Positions 25,095-38,975 of a stretch of DNA of 59,824 bases are shown piece by piece. The notes beneath the pieces are model-generated. The model saw only the letters and a list, made by a program, of their open reading frames with translations, did no database searches and had not been told where the DNA came from. Position 1 is the stretch's first letter. Every line of letters starts with the position of its first letter. A program made the translations under genes and the position numbers. Source of the stretch: Jimgerdemannia flammicorona (Eukaryota); assembly GCA_003990765.1 (NCBI GenBank), contig RBNJ01000017.1, positions 1 to 59,824 on the forward strand, written 5' to 3'.

Positions 25095-28000
25095 CTCTTG
25101 AACTTTACCATTTATTACCAATCTATTTATAATTATACATCATCCCCTCTCCCTATCTGATTCCCATAGGGGAGCTCCTCCCTGCACCATCATGAATAAA
25201 GGCCACCTTCACACTCACCCTCCCCTGACTCTACCTATAGATCTTCTCCACTAAGTAGTACCTTTAACCACCCTACAGCCCCCAACCAAGCCACTAGCCT
25301 GTCAAGGTGTCTTCCATAAGGCCATGCCAATGCAACAACTGGTCCCCCAAGCCAAGTCTCCTCCCATCTTTAAAAACAAATAGCCAGTGACTGGCCAACC
25401 CCACTCAAATTGCTAAAACCCAGCCTAAGGTAAGCTACTTCCCCCCACCAATCTATTCCTCAGATCTTCCCACCAACCCTGCATGCCATCACTCTGATAC
25501 ACTACCCCCAAGTAGTCCCCAACAGACCACCAGAAGTTACTAAGTATCTCACACTCCCCTAGCTAATGTTCAGATATCTGTATATATCCCCCTTCCTGCT
25601 CTACATTGTGATACTCCTCATAGTCAAAGCAACCCCCCTCAATAAGGTGACCTGAGCAGAAGTTGAGCATCACATTCCTCCTCAGCATATACCACCAGAC
25701 CACCCAGTACTTTGGCAGCATCTATCTCCTCACCTCAGCACTCTAGGTCTATACACTATACCAGTTTCATTTTTTTCTGATACTGACTCTCTGTCATCTG
25801 CTAGACCACAGATCCTGACCTTGTTCCCTTTGGCAGTCTATCTCATCACAAATGTCAAACTTAATTAAGGGAATACCCCCCAATAATACTTGGTCCCATC
25901 TCAACATCACCAGGTCCCAAGCTATCTCTCCTTCATTACCTCACCAACAAATTCTAATGTGGCATGTTCCCTCTGCCACTCTCCACCAGAAGTCTTTATA
26001 TCACAATTGTACGGTTTTCTGAAGCCCCACCAATAAAAGAAGATTACCTGTCAAGCCTCTTGGTGAGGTTCTCATCTCTCAGATCTTCTATAATAGGAGA
26101 ACCCAACTACTTCCTCTCAATTCCACTGCTCTCTTCAACCACCATGCCCTCAAACAGTATAGCTACTTTGGAAAGTCAACCAGCTCAAGCCCTCCTCTTA
26201 CCACTGGTAAGGATAAGACCTCCCAACTGATCTGATCCCTCCTTCCAGCCCAGATCCACTCCTTGGCCAGCTTCAACAATCACTTCACTACCTAAACTAG
26301 GAAGTCCAGATGATAAGTCAGATACCATAACTTCAGTAGCCAATAGATATTCAAAATCGAGACATGCCTTACTAGAGATAAATGGTGACCCCCCCAACTC
26401 TACAGGGCCTCCCCCCATATTCCAACTCTCTGCTCCCATCAAAGTCTAGGTAGTACTGACCCATATACTGACAAATAAATACCCAAGTACTACACTACCT
26501 CACCAGTAGGGACAATTGTTCTGATGATGTCCCCACCCACCAGACCATTGCCCAATACCATTGTTTCATACTTGTGCCAATTGAGTTTAGCTCCAAAGTT
26601 CTCCTCAACATCTGCAATAGATCCCAGGCCAACAACTATGTCATCTGCAAAGGCCCCAACTTGCCACCTAATTTCAAAGATGGAGAGCTCTATTATCTTC
26701 TACCTGATTCTGTCTATTAGGGGCTCCAGGGAAAGGGCATATAGAATGGGGGACAGTGGGTCCCTCTGGGGTACTCCTCTACCTAGGGAAAATGATACTT
26801 CTCTATGTCTATTAAGTACCACCCTACTCCTTTCCAGTAGGCTGATCATTGCTGATCAGAACTGTTGTAGTACCCCAGTCCTATCTAATACTTTCACCAG
26901 CCAGACTTGCTGCACCCAATCATAAGCCTTCTTTTGGTCCAAGAAGACCAATTGCCCATCTAGTTCACAGACTTGTGCCCCTTCAATAACTCTATGTACC
27001 CAAGCTGTGCTATCCCTAATGAGCCAGCCTCCTACAAAGCCTCTCTGCTCAATACCCAGGACTTGCTGGGTCATCTTCTGTAGCTATATGACCACTACCT
27101 TAGTCACCAACTTTCTGTCCATATCCAGTAACATAATTGGCCACCAGTTCTTTCAGTCCTCATGCCTTCCTTTGTTCTTATAAAGCAGTGTCACCAACCC
27201 CAGATCCTGTTCCCCCACCCATCTCTCTATCTATAATATAAAGTTACATAATGCCATTATCTCACCCAGAACTCCCAGAACTCCCACCAACTTCTTCCAG
27301 AAGTCTCAGGGCAGACCTCCTCTCCAGGTGTCATGCCCAGGATTATCGCAGTAAGAACCTGGTGGATCTCCTCCTCCTGTACTGGCAACACTAAGTCACC
27401 CAGCCCATCTGCTTGAGGAGGATACCAATTCTCTAATGTCTGGTCAATGGCAGCAGTATCTGCCCCCCTCTCCTTCTCACTCCACAATCCACTCTATTAC
27501 TCCTTTAGTGAACCAAAAATATCTTGTATACCATACATCAGTATACCATCAGAGTCAATCACCCCCTTCCACTGTTGCTGTACCCTTCTTGCCTGAAGGA
27601 CCCTTGTGAGATACTTAGAGGGCCTCTCCCCTTCTTCTAACCTCTGTCAATAAAGCTGTGCTACCAAGCTCTATACCCTTGCCTCCTCCTTACCCTTCAG
27701 CACCTGTTGTAATTCCCCAATCTCTATTTTCACCCTTATTAATCTCCAATCCTCTCTTCCCTCCACTACCATAGCTAGCCCTGCCCAATCCTCCAAGAGT
27801 CTGGTCAGTCTAACAGAGGCCCATCTCACCTGTCACCTCCTCTACTTCTCAGCCTCCCTACCAGTCTCACTCCAGTAAACCTTGGCCATTGCTTTCATCC
27901 TTATCCACCTAATACCAACTGGGGTACCTTCCTGCCTCCAGCTCTCTACCCTCAGTTGAATGTCTTCTGTCTATATATTCCACCGGATCCTATTATGTAG

Positions 28001-30877
28001 TAATGAGGAATTGAGGCACCAATATCCAGGCCCATCCCCACTTCCCCCAAAATATCCCTGCCCTAACAGCCCCCAATGATCTAACCAAGGGCACCATTCC
28101 ACTTCCAGTGATTTCCAAACATCCAATCCCCAGTAGTTGGCCATCAGCATCCAGTCAATTCTCATCTCCAGACCCCCCATCTAATGCATGTATACCCTCC
28201 TATCTCTCCAATACTCCCTACCAGCATCTACCAAAGTACTTAGCCTTTCTAAATTCTCCCATATCACCAACCCTCCACTCCTATTCTCAGCTCTCCTTCC
28301 ACTATCTGTTCTATCCACTTGTGCATCTTGGACCATATTGAAATTGCCACCAAGCACATCCACCCCAGCCTCTGCAAGGACCCCACTCTCCTGAAGACCC
28401 TTTATCCAATCCACATACTCACTCTGTACTGCAGGGCAGTAACAGGAGCCCACTGTGACCAGCTCCCAGCCTATATGTATCTACTCTCTCCAGACCAATC
28501 TATCCCCCCAGCTCCTCATCTCCTGTATCTCCTCTTGACCCTTTCAGACCAGAATCCCAATCTTGCCCTTCCAAACTGTCTCATCTCCCCATTCCTTTGT
28601 TCATTCTAGCCTATCCAAATCATTCTCACACCTGATATCCTACAAGAGAAAGAGATTGGCTTCCAATCCCTTCAACTAAGTAAAAATGTTCCTATGGTAA
28701 GAAGTGCCCTGTAACCCATTCATGTTCAAAGAGAAAATGTTGGTTATACTATTTATAATGAAATATGGTGTGTTATCCAGTCTATCCCTACTGCTCCATA
28801 TTCATCTCTTTCTACACCATGTCCAGATTACATTCCATAGTCACCTCCTCCTCTTCAGCCCTCTGAGCCTCCAGTCTAGCCAATAGCTCATTCATCTCTC
28901 CATCTGCCTTCTTCTCAAACTCCTCATGGTACTCCAGATAGGTCTCCTGCCAGAGCTGCAGTCCATGATGCTTGTCCCAACAGTATTTAGCCCTCTCACC
29001 AGTAACCCCTGTCAGCTCTCTTGTACCTTTCCTCCTCCAGATATACTGCAAGGATTTCTGTCTTCAATACCAGCTCCACACCATCCCTTTGCAGGATTCT
29101 TGCCCAATGCTCATCACTCATTACTCTCAAGTCCACCTCTCTCAACTCTTCAGCTGTCAGGTTATTCATTATTTTGTACATCCAAAGTAGGTTCCCCACC
29201 TCCTTCCCCCCAAGAGTCACCAGTCTCTCTCCATCCAACATTGTGGTGTCAGTCCCTATACTTGCAGACTCATCCCACACCTCTAGGACATCCACCAGTT
29301 CCTCCTCTCCAACTGCCACCACTTGTCCCCCATTCGCTACCTCAGGAACTCCAAACTATACTCACTGGGCCCCCCTCATTAGCACATCATCTACCACTCT
29401 GCTTCAGGAAGTCAGACTATATCTGATAAGAGGAGTAGGGGTAGGTGATTCCTCTCAGTCCTCCTCCCAGACCTCAAACGTACCATCAGTATATGGATCA
29501 TTGCCAGTCACTTCCCTGTTCTCTTCTGCCACCTTCCCTGTGCTCCTGCCATCTTTGTCAGCCCAGACACTCACTTTGACACCCCCTGCCTCCACCATTC
29601 CACCTGCATCCTTCTGAGATCTAACTTCTAGCTTAGCCAATAGCTCCTTCTGATACTTACACCTCTGAGCTCTTTTCTACTACCTCTTGTCTATTCTAAT
29701 TTGCTTCCCATCTACTACCTCCAAGTGCATCAATTCTACAAAAGCCTTCCAAGCCTTTGCCCACTACTCCATCACACTACTCAGCTCTTTTAATGCTTCC
29801 AGCAAATCCTCTTCCTCCTCCTCACTCTCTTTCACTCTTGTCACCTTATACAAAATTGCCTCTCAGACTATTACTGATGGTCAGTCTCTTGTCTTTCTAG
29901 TAGCCTCCTTCCCAGCCAGCCAAATCTGCATGTCAACATCCCTAGTCCTGAGTGAGGTCTCTTCCCAGACCCTAAAGCCAATGTTTACCACCTTGCTATA
30001 CTCTGCTATAACCTCCTCAACTCTCCTTCTCATCTCTACTGCTATCATTATGGGCACTCCTTTCACCAGCAGTTATACAACCCTGAGATCTTATCTCAGG
30101 TAGCATGCCATAGGGACACACACTTTCCTAATAGTCAAACTAATCTTCAGTACCTCCTCCAAAGGCTCAGTCTTCTCAAAGCCCACTTTCACTCTCTCTA
30201 GTCTCTTCAGAAACTTTACTGATACTGCTCCAGCCACCTGCTTAGTGATAAACCCCAGTACCATTTTTGCCATCACTACTAGACCTCAGAAGCACAGTAT
30301 AACTATGAACATTGAGATCAATTTTTTGAGTAATAAGGCCACTGCCAGGCCCATTGCACCATCTACCAAGTCTCTCTGCCCTCTAAGCCCCTGCTGCTCA
30401 GCTACACTATCAGCAGTTACATCTGGATTTTTTTCCAGATTAGTAGTCTCATCACTATCAGCCATCATACTCACCCCAGCCACTACTCTCCCAGCTCCTC
30501 TGCCCTCACCACCAAGGGCTACTCCCCTACAAACTACTGTCTTCTCCATTTCCTTATCTTTCTTTAGTCATTCCTCCAACTCAGATATCTGCTATCTCTC
30601 CTTCACCATCTCCACAAAGCTTGCTCTTTCAGACCCCTGTTCTCTACTACTATCTTCTTCCCCTTCTCATCCTCCTGCCAACAGCCCCCTCATACCTCCC
30701 CCCAGGCCAGGACCTCTTCCTACCTACTGCCAGTCAAATGTACTAGGGCTGCCCTGCCCAGTATGTACTCCAGATTACTTGCTGTTTGCTATTACCTTAG
30801 TATCTTTCTCTAATAAATGACTTGAAAGTATGTTGTAAGAGTGTGTGTAACGTAAATTGTAGCTGAGAAAGGTGGTG
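25061..30877 (-). mobile_element. Full-length (~5.8 kb) degenerate L1-clade LINE: ORF1 plus ORF2 (AP endonuclease, RT, Zn knuckle)
   Basis: T34 at 25061-25094; perfect 15-bp TSD cagaaggtagttctc at 25046-25060 and 30878-30892; EN motifs SLNMNGL, GNFN, RID; RT motifs; 5' end matches the copy at 32941. Confidence 0.95.
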
Positions 30878-33800
30878 CAGAAGGTAGTTCTCTTGATATC
30901 TTGCACATAGAAGGGTCTTTCCCATTTGGGCTCCAGTTTTTGCAACTATGAGACTTCTACTATATTTCAATATAGTAGAACCTTTTCTCTAATTTGAATG
31001 GATTTTAGGGTCTTGTAATTCTTTTCTGTATTCTTTTTTATTAGTACTTGTAACTTGATAATGTAATCTTCTGCCTTCTTTCTAATTTGGTGTAGTCTCC
31101 AGATTTCTGAGTCAATCCATCACTAAGTTAGATCTAGATTTATAGCTAAGGTTCTATCAGAATCTTCTTCAAAGAGTAGTTCTCTTGAGGTAAAGTGTGT
31201 ACTCTGTAACTGTATACATATCTCATAGGATAGAGAGGGCAGTTGAGAGATAGTTATCCCAATTCTCATATATATCTAAGATCTTGGCCAGGATATTCTT
31301 GAGGGTCTTATTGGTTCTTTCTATCTATCCATTTCTTTGAGAGTGATATGTAGTAGTCTTGATATGCTGAATCTTATATTTCTGATATATTATCTCATAG
31401 AATCTATTGACAAATTCTGTGCCATAGTCTGTGGTGATTTGCTTTGGTATCTTATAGTGGCAGATGATTTCTCAGTACAGGAAGTTGTCTATAGAGAGAA
31501 CATTGGCTTCTTGTAATACTCCTGCTTCTATCCATTTGATAAAGAGGTCTAAAATAACTATAATATAGTGGTTTTCTGATAGAGTTACTGGTAGTAGTCT
31601 AATGATATCTATTATGATGTGGTGGAAGAGGATAGATTTGATTCTTGATGACCCAGGTGCCTGGTCTTGCTGATCTTATTTCTGTTTTTGGCACTTATCA
31701 CACTCTTTGACAGATTGGCACAAGTTTTTTTCCATCTTAGGCCTCTATATGATTTTTCTTGTCTTGTTATATATATTAGTTCTTCCTAAGTATTCTTATT
31801 TGGGTACTTTCTTTATTATTTAATACTTTTTATATTTGGATATGATAAGCTTTCCTCTTTTTCTGAGTATAGTATTGTCTAGTTTAAATTGTTTCTAAGT
31901 CCAGTTGATAATAGTACATAATAGTTCAGGGTTTAAGGTGGTTGAGTATCCTTTGCTGTCCAAAGTAGTTGATTAATCTATAGTATGGCTCCATATTCAT
32001 ATTGAATAGTCTTGATGGGGGTGTTTCAAGATATCCTTGAAAGTGCATCAGTATTGGCATTAGTTCTTTCTGAGTAGTATTTGATAGTATAGTTATACTC
32101 TTGCAGTCTATAGATCTATCTAGCATATATTTCTTTGAGGTTCAGAGTGTAGAATTACCAGACAAGAGTAGAATAGTCTATTTGAATAGTGAAGTATTTC
32201 TTAGCTAGATAGTAGTAGAACTTGTCTACTGTCCAGACTACTGCTAAGCATTTAAGCTTATATAACTCATAGTTCTGTTCTACTCTATAGATACCTCAGC
32301 TTACATAGGAGATAATATATTCATATTCATCTTTTTTCTAAGCTAGCACTGCTCCAAGTCCTATAGCACTTGCATCTATCTGCAGAATGAACTCTAGGTT
32401 TCAATCTGGTCATCTAAGAATGGGTGCTTGGGTCAATCTGATCTTGAGTTTGTTGAAGATTTCTTGATATTCCTTGATCTATCTCTTTCTTCAGTAGCTC
32501 ATAGATAGGTACTGTAATGTTGGAGTATTCTTTGATGAATCTTCTATAGTAGGAGATCAGTCTAAGGAAAACATAGACTTCTATAGTTATTCTAGATCTT
32601 GGGTAGGCTGCAACAGTCTCAATCTTCATAGAGTCTATATGAATTCTAGTCTGGTTGATGATATATCTTAGGTAGGCAATTTCCTAAGCTATAAACTTAT
32701 ACTTCTTAAGCTTGATATAGAGTTCATACTTCTTGAGCTTCTTGAGAGCTAACTATATATAGTTGACATATTCCCATATAGTGTTACTGGAGATGATCAC
32801 ATCATCAATATAAACAAAAAGCTATTTTTCAATTTCATTACTAAAGACTCTATTCATTATTTACTGAAAACTTGCTAATTCTGAATAGTATTCATAGATA
32901 GATATAGGTGATATTAGGTGTAATAAAGACTGATTTCTCACATCATCTTTCTCTAGTACCATTCAGGTTACACAATCTTTAAAAAGTACTTACAACATCA
33001 TTTTTGGAGAAAAGAGACTAGTAATATGGTAACTGACAGATAATCTGAGGTATATACTAGGTAGAGTGGCCCAAGCATATTTAACTAACAGTATGTGGGG
33101 AGAAGCCCTGGACTGGGGGAAAGCATGAGGGGGCTACTGGTAGGAGGACATGAAAGAGGAGGAGGCAGTAGTAGAGGACAGGGGTCTAGGAGGACAAGCT
33201 TCATAGAGATAGTGAAGGAGAGACAGCAGGCATTGGGGCTGAAGAGATGGCTGAGAAAAGGTAAGGAGATAGAGAAGACAGCAGAATATAGGGGAGTAGT
33301 TCTTGGCAGTAGAGGCAGTAGAGCTAAAGGTGTAGTAGCTGGAGTGAGTATGATGGCTGATAGTGATGGGACTACTAATCTGGAAAAAAATCCAGATATG
33401 ACTGCTGATGACATAACTGAGTGGCTGGGGCTTGGAAGACAGGGGAATTGAGCAGATGGTGTGATGGGCCTAGTGGTGGCCCCATTACTCAAAAAATCGA
33501 TCTTGGCATTTGTAGTTACACTGTACTTCCAAGGCCTAGTAGTGACAGTAAAAATGGTACTGGGGCTTATCACTAAGCAGGTGGCTGAGACAGCATTGGT
33601 AAAGTTTCTGAAGGGATTAGAGAGAGTGGAGGTGGGCTTTGAGAAGGCTGGGTCTTTAGAGGAGGTACTAAAAGTTGGATTGATTGTTGGGAAGGTGTGT
33701 GTACCAATAATATGTTACCTGAGATGAGATCCCTGGGTGGTACAACTGCTGGTAAAAGGAGTATCTATGGTGACAGCAGTGGAGACAAGAAGGAGAGTTG

Positions 33801-36800
33801 AGGAGGTCATGGTAGAGTATGGAGAGGTAGTAGATATCAGATTCAGAGTCTGGAAAGAGACCTCACTCAGAACTGGGGATATTGATATGAGAATTCAGCT
33901 AGCAGAGAAGGAAGCTACTGGGAAGGCAAGAGACTGACCTTTGGTGATGATCTGGGGGATGATCTTGTATAAGGTAATGAGAGTGAAGGAGAGTGAGGAG
34001 GAGGAAGAGGACTTATTAGAAGTACTGAAAGAGCTGAGTAGTACTGTAGAGCAGTGGGCAAAGGCTTGGAAGACTTTTATGGAGTCAACACACTTGGAGG
34101 TGGTAGATGGGAAGTAGATTCGAGTGGACAAGGGGTAGTGGGAAAGAGCTCAGGGACATAAGAGACAGAAGGAGATGCTAGCTAAGCTGGAAGATAGACT
34201 ACAGAAGGATGCAGATGGAATAGTGGAGGTGGGGGAGGCCAAAGCAAGTGTCTGAGTCAGCAAAGACTGCAGGAGTGCAGAGAAGGAGACAGGAGAGGAC
34301 AGGGAGGCAACTGGTGATGACCCATATGTTGATGGTATGTTTGAGGTCTGAGAGGAGGCCTGGGAGAACTTGCCTACCCCTACTTCTCTTATTAGGCAAG
34401 GCCTGACTTCCTGAAGCAGGGTGGTAGAGGATGTGCTAATATAGGGGACCCAGTGAGTGCAATTTGGAGTTTCAGAGGTGGTAAATGGGGGACAAGTAGT
34501 AGCAGTTAGAGAGGAGGAACTGGTGGATGTCCCAGAGGTGTGGGATAAGTCTGTGAGTATTAGAGCTGACACCATAATACTGAAAGGAGGGAGGCTGGTG
34601 ACTCCTAGAGGGAAGAAGGTGGGGAACCTACTTTAGATGTGTAGGATAATGAATAATCTGGCAGCTGAAGAGTTGGGAGAGGTAGATCTGAGAGTAATAA
34701 GTGATGAGTATTGGGTGCAGATCCTGTAGAGGGATAGAGTAGTGATGGTATTGAAGACAGAAATCCTTATAGTGTATCTGGAGAAAGAAGAGTATGAGGT
34801 GGATAAGGAGTAGAAGGCAGAGCTGGCAGGTGTTGTTGGTGAGAGGACTAAATACTGCTGGACCAAGCATCATGGATTGCAGCTCTGGTAGAAGGTCTGC
34901 CTGGAGTATTGGGAGAAGTTTGAGAAGAAAGCAGATGGAGATATGAATGAGCTGTTGGCTGGATTGGAGGCTCAGAGGGCTGAAGAGGAGGAGGAGACTG
35001 CAGAATATAATCTGGATAGGGTGCAGAAAGAGATGAATATGGAGCAGTAGAGAAGGATATAATAACACACCATATTTCATTATGAATAGTACAACTAATA
35101 TTTTTTCTTTGAATATGAATAGATTACAGAGTACTTCTCAATATAGGAACATTTTTACTTGGCTGAAGAGATTGGAGGCTGATATTTTCCTCTTGCAGGA
35201 TGTCAGGTGTGAGGATGATTTGGATAGGCTGGAATAGAAGAAAGAATGGAGAGGTGAGGCAGTTTAGAAGGGCAAAGTTGGGATTCTGGTCTGGAAAGGC
35301 AGAGGGGAGATGCAGGATATAAGAAGCTAGGAGGATAGATTGGTCTGGAGAGAGTGGATATATATAGGTTGGGAGCCAGTCACAGTGGGCTCCTGTTACT
35401 GCCTCACTGTACAGGGTGAGTATATGAATTGGATGATAGAGCTCCAGAAGAGTGGGGTCCTTGCAGAGGCTGGGGTGGATCTACTGGGTAGAGACTTTAA
35501 TATGGTCTAGGACATCCTGATGGATAGAACAGATAGAGAATGGGGAGCTGAGAGTAAAAGTGGAGGGCTAGCAGTATGAGAGGAAGTGGAAAGGCTAAGT
35601 GCTCTGGTAGATACTGATAGGGAGTATTAGGGAGATAGGAGGATATACACACATTGGGTAGGGGGCCTGAGGATGAGGATTGACTGGATTTTGATGGCTA
35701 GCTACTGGGGCTTAGATGTTTGGAAGTCACTGGAGGTGGAATGGTGTCTATGGTCAGATCATTGAGGGCTATTAGGACAGGGGCATTTTGGGGGGAGTAG
35801 GGATGGGCCTGGACATTGGTACCTCAATTTCTCTTTATTAGATGATAGGATTCAGTGGGACAAGTGGGCTGAAGACATTCAATTGAGGGTAGAGAGCTGG
35901 AGGCAGAAAGGTACCCCAGTTGGTGTTTGGTGGATAAGGATAAAAGAGATGACCAGGGTCTACTGGAGTGAGGCTGGTAAGGAGGCTGGGAAGCAGAGGA
36001 GGTGATGGGTGAGATGGGCTTCTGTTAGACTAGTTAGACTCTTAGAAGATTGGACAGAACTAGTAATATTAGAGGGGGGAGAGGATTGGAGATTGATGAG
36101 AGCAAAAATAGAGGTTGGAAAATTATAACAGATGTTGCAGAAAGAGAAAGAGGCAAGGATGCAGAGCTTGGTGGCATGGCTTCACTGGCAGGGTTTGGAG
36201 GAAGGAGAGAGGCTCTCAAAGTATCTCATGAGGGCTCTTCAGGCAAGAAGAGTACAGCAAAGATAGGAGGGGGTACTTGACTCTGATAGTATACTAGTAT
36301 ATAGTATATAAGACATTCTTGGATCATTAAAGGAGCAATGGAGTGAATTATAGAGTGAGGAAGAGGGCAGGGTTAATGCTGCTGCTATTGACCAGGTATT
36401 GGAGGATTGGCACCCTCTACAAGTAGATGGGCTGGGTGACTTGGTGTTGCCAGTATAAGAGGAAGAGATCTTGCCATGACAATACCAGATATAGCACCTG
36501 GGGAGGATGGTCTGCTCTGGGACTTCTGAAAGAAGATAGTGGGAGTCTCAGGAGTATTGGGTGAGATGATGGCATTGTGTGATTTTATACTATAAACAGG
36601 GAGATGGATGGGGGAGCAGGATCTGGGACTGGTGACATTGCTTTATAAGAACAAAGGAAGGTGAGAGGACTGGAAGAACTGGTGGCTGATTATGCTATTG
36701 GATATAGACAGAAAGTTGATAACTAAGGTAGTGGTTGTGAGGATATAGAAGGTGGCCCAGCAAGTCTTAGATGTTGAGTAAAGGGGCTTTGTAGGAGGCT

Positions 36801-36899
36801 GGCTCATTAGGAATGGTACAGCTTGAGTACATAGAGTTGTTGAAGGGACATGAGCTTGTGAACTAGATGGGTGACTGGTCTTTTTGGACCAGGAGAAGG

Positions 36900-38975
36900 T
36901 GTAAGAGGGTTACTTGTTAGTGTAACCATTATGTAGTTCTGGAAGGGTTTTCTGGAAGCTCTGGATATTCTGGAAGACCATTTTCTTTAAGGTTAAGATC
37001 AATTTCATATAGAGTGCATTCTCTATACTCATTGATTTCAAGTTCAGATTGATATCTTAACCAAAGTCCTTTTTTGGACTAGTTTTGGATGTTCAGGATT
37101 TTCTGTTTTTCAGGAAGTTCAAGAAACTAAGGCCAGCTTAGTTGAATTGGTATATCACTGCAGACAATACCTAATTAGAAAATTTCATAATAGGGTTAGG
37201 AGTGAGACCTAACAGAGAGCAGATTTACTTAAGAGTGGTTTGTGAGTTATTAAATAGGTTTATTTGCTATTCATGATATTGCTATACTAGGAGTAGTTAT
37301 ATGAAGGAGTATTGTAGAGAAGTGCTCAGGAGTTGTATTCAGATTGTTCAAGTATTCAAGTCTGAGATTCTGAGGTCTGGGGGAGGGGGTATTTATACTA
37401 GTGAGAGGCTATCTGGACTATACTAAATATGAATATAGTACTTAGTACCTTGCTGAGTTGGAATATAGTTATATAGTACAAGTGTGATTTGATATGTCAA
37501 GGGATCATCTGACTGCTGAGTCAGTTATATCATACAAGGCTAATCTAACTATACTATGACTGCTAAGCTATCTATAGATTTAGACACTATCTGGGTAGTC
37601 TTTGATAATACATATTACCATTGATGACATCATCTCTAATAAAGTAGTTATCTAGGAACAGTTGTTTGCAGATTAATTCTCCTTATTTGCTGAGGTAATA
37701 ATATATTGAGACTTCGTCACCATCCCACAGGATAGCATTATCTGTCTCATATACTAAGTAAGGAGTTGGTGGATAAAGGAGGGGTATGTTATCTTTACTT
37801 TCCTCAGATTTGCTATTTGCATACCTTCTATAAGTTATGGTACTATGAGTTGCTGAGTTGTAGTAAGCTGGTGACTGTGGTTCATGTTACTCATATTCAG
37901 GTGGTAGAGTAGTTGGTTTGATCTTGAGAGTTGTCTGAAGATACAGATTGTATTCTCTGGTTTCTTTGTTATAGTTGAAATAATCAGGGGTGAATGCAGG
38001 TTAGTATTCATACTAATGGTCATTGTCCTAATAAGTCTCATAGGTGGTTATGAACTGTTATAAGTTCATCAGCAAGGTTGGTAGAGTGATCAGGGTTGGT
38101 AGGGATCCTTGGCTTGAGGTCATGTCAGCATCAGAGGGATCATTGTCTTCTACTTCATCTTTATCAAATCAGATTATATTATAGATATCCTTCATAGTAT
38201 ATCTGACTTAAGGCATTTGCAGGATATAGTTATCAGAGTATAGGAAGGTTCTGTCTGTGGTCTTAATATATTCAAGATACTTATAGTTGAGTTCTTATAT
38301 TATATCATCTATTTGGCCATAAGATAGAGTAGCAACCATTTCAGCAGTAGTAGCTTGGAGGTAGGAAATAATGGTGCTATACTTATAGAAGAGTTCTTGA
38401 TACTTGCGAGCAATGAGTTTTTAGTGTTGAGATATCTAGATAATATCTATATCATAATGGTGTTTGACCATGTCTTCTAGGAGATAGCTGATCTGGTAGT
38501 AGCTTGAGATTTGTCCAATTTGGTAGACTTTGCTAAGTATGTTCAGGGCATTCCATCAGGCTTCCACAAAGTAGAGGAGTGCTAGGCTATGGATATTTAT
38601 AAGGGATAGAGGGGGTGTGGCTCGGTTGACAATAGTATTTCAAATATCAGCATAGATATAGTTGTAGATCTTGGTGGTTATGTTTGTATATTCAGGAGTT
38701 GAGGTTGTATATTTGGTTTGTTTTGGTTTTCTGTTTTGACATATCTCAGTACTTAGTATATATATATTTGGTCCTGATTGGTAAGATCTCATTTGTATAA
38801 ATCTTATATTCTGTAACTTCATATTGACTTAGCTTTATATATAGTAACTTTGGTTTGACTCAGCTTCATGATCTTACAGGTGGTTTTCAGATTTTTTCAG
38901 AGGTTGTATGTAACTTCAGTGGCTTGTTCTGAGGGTGACATGTGATTTTGGTGACTTGGAGGTTGTGCACTTACA
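36900..38975 (-). mobile_element. Solo LTR, family C, 2076 bp
   Basis: TGTAAG...CTTACA termini; perfect 5-bp TSD gaagg at 36895-36899 and 38976-38980; removing it restores LINE RT DQEKAYD; minus-strand GTATAAATACCCCC at ~37385-37398. Confidence 0.9.
38100..38822 (-). pseudogene. Degenerate ORF inside the family C LTR, homologous to the A and B accessory ORFs (ends approximate)
   Basis: A single frame read through CGA/CAR-type stops: ...NRATPPLSL...SSYYQISYLLED...KLIARKYQELFYKYSTIISYLQATTAEMVATLS...DKDEVEDNDPSD. Confidence 0.65.

Noticed and set aside
28926-30820. Long Ser/Pro/Leu-rich plus-strand ORFs
   Set aside because: Antisense shadows of the G-rich LINE ORF1.
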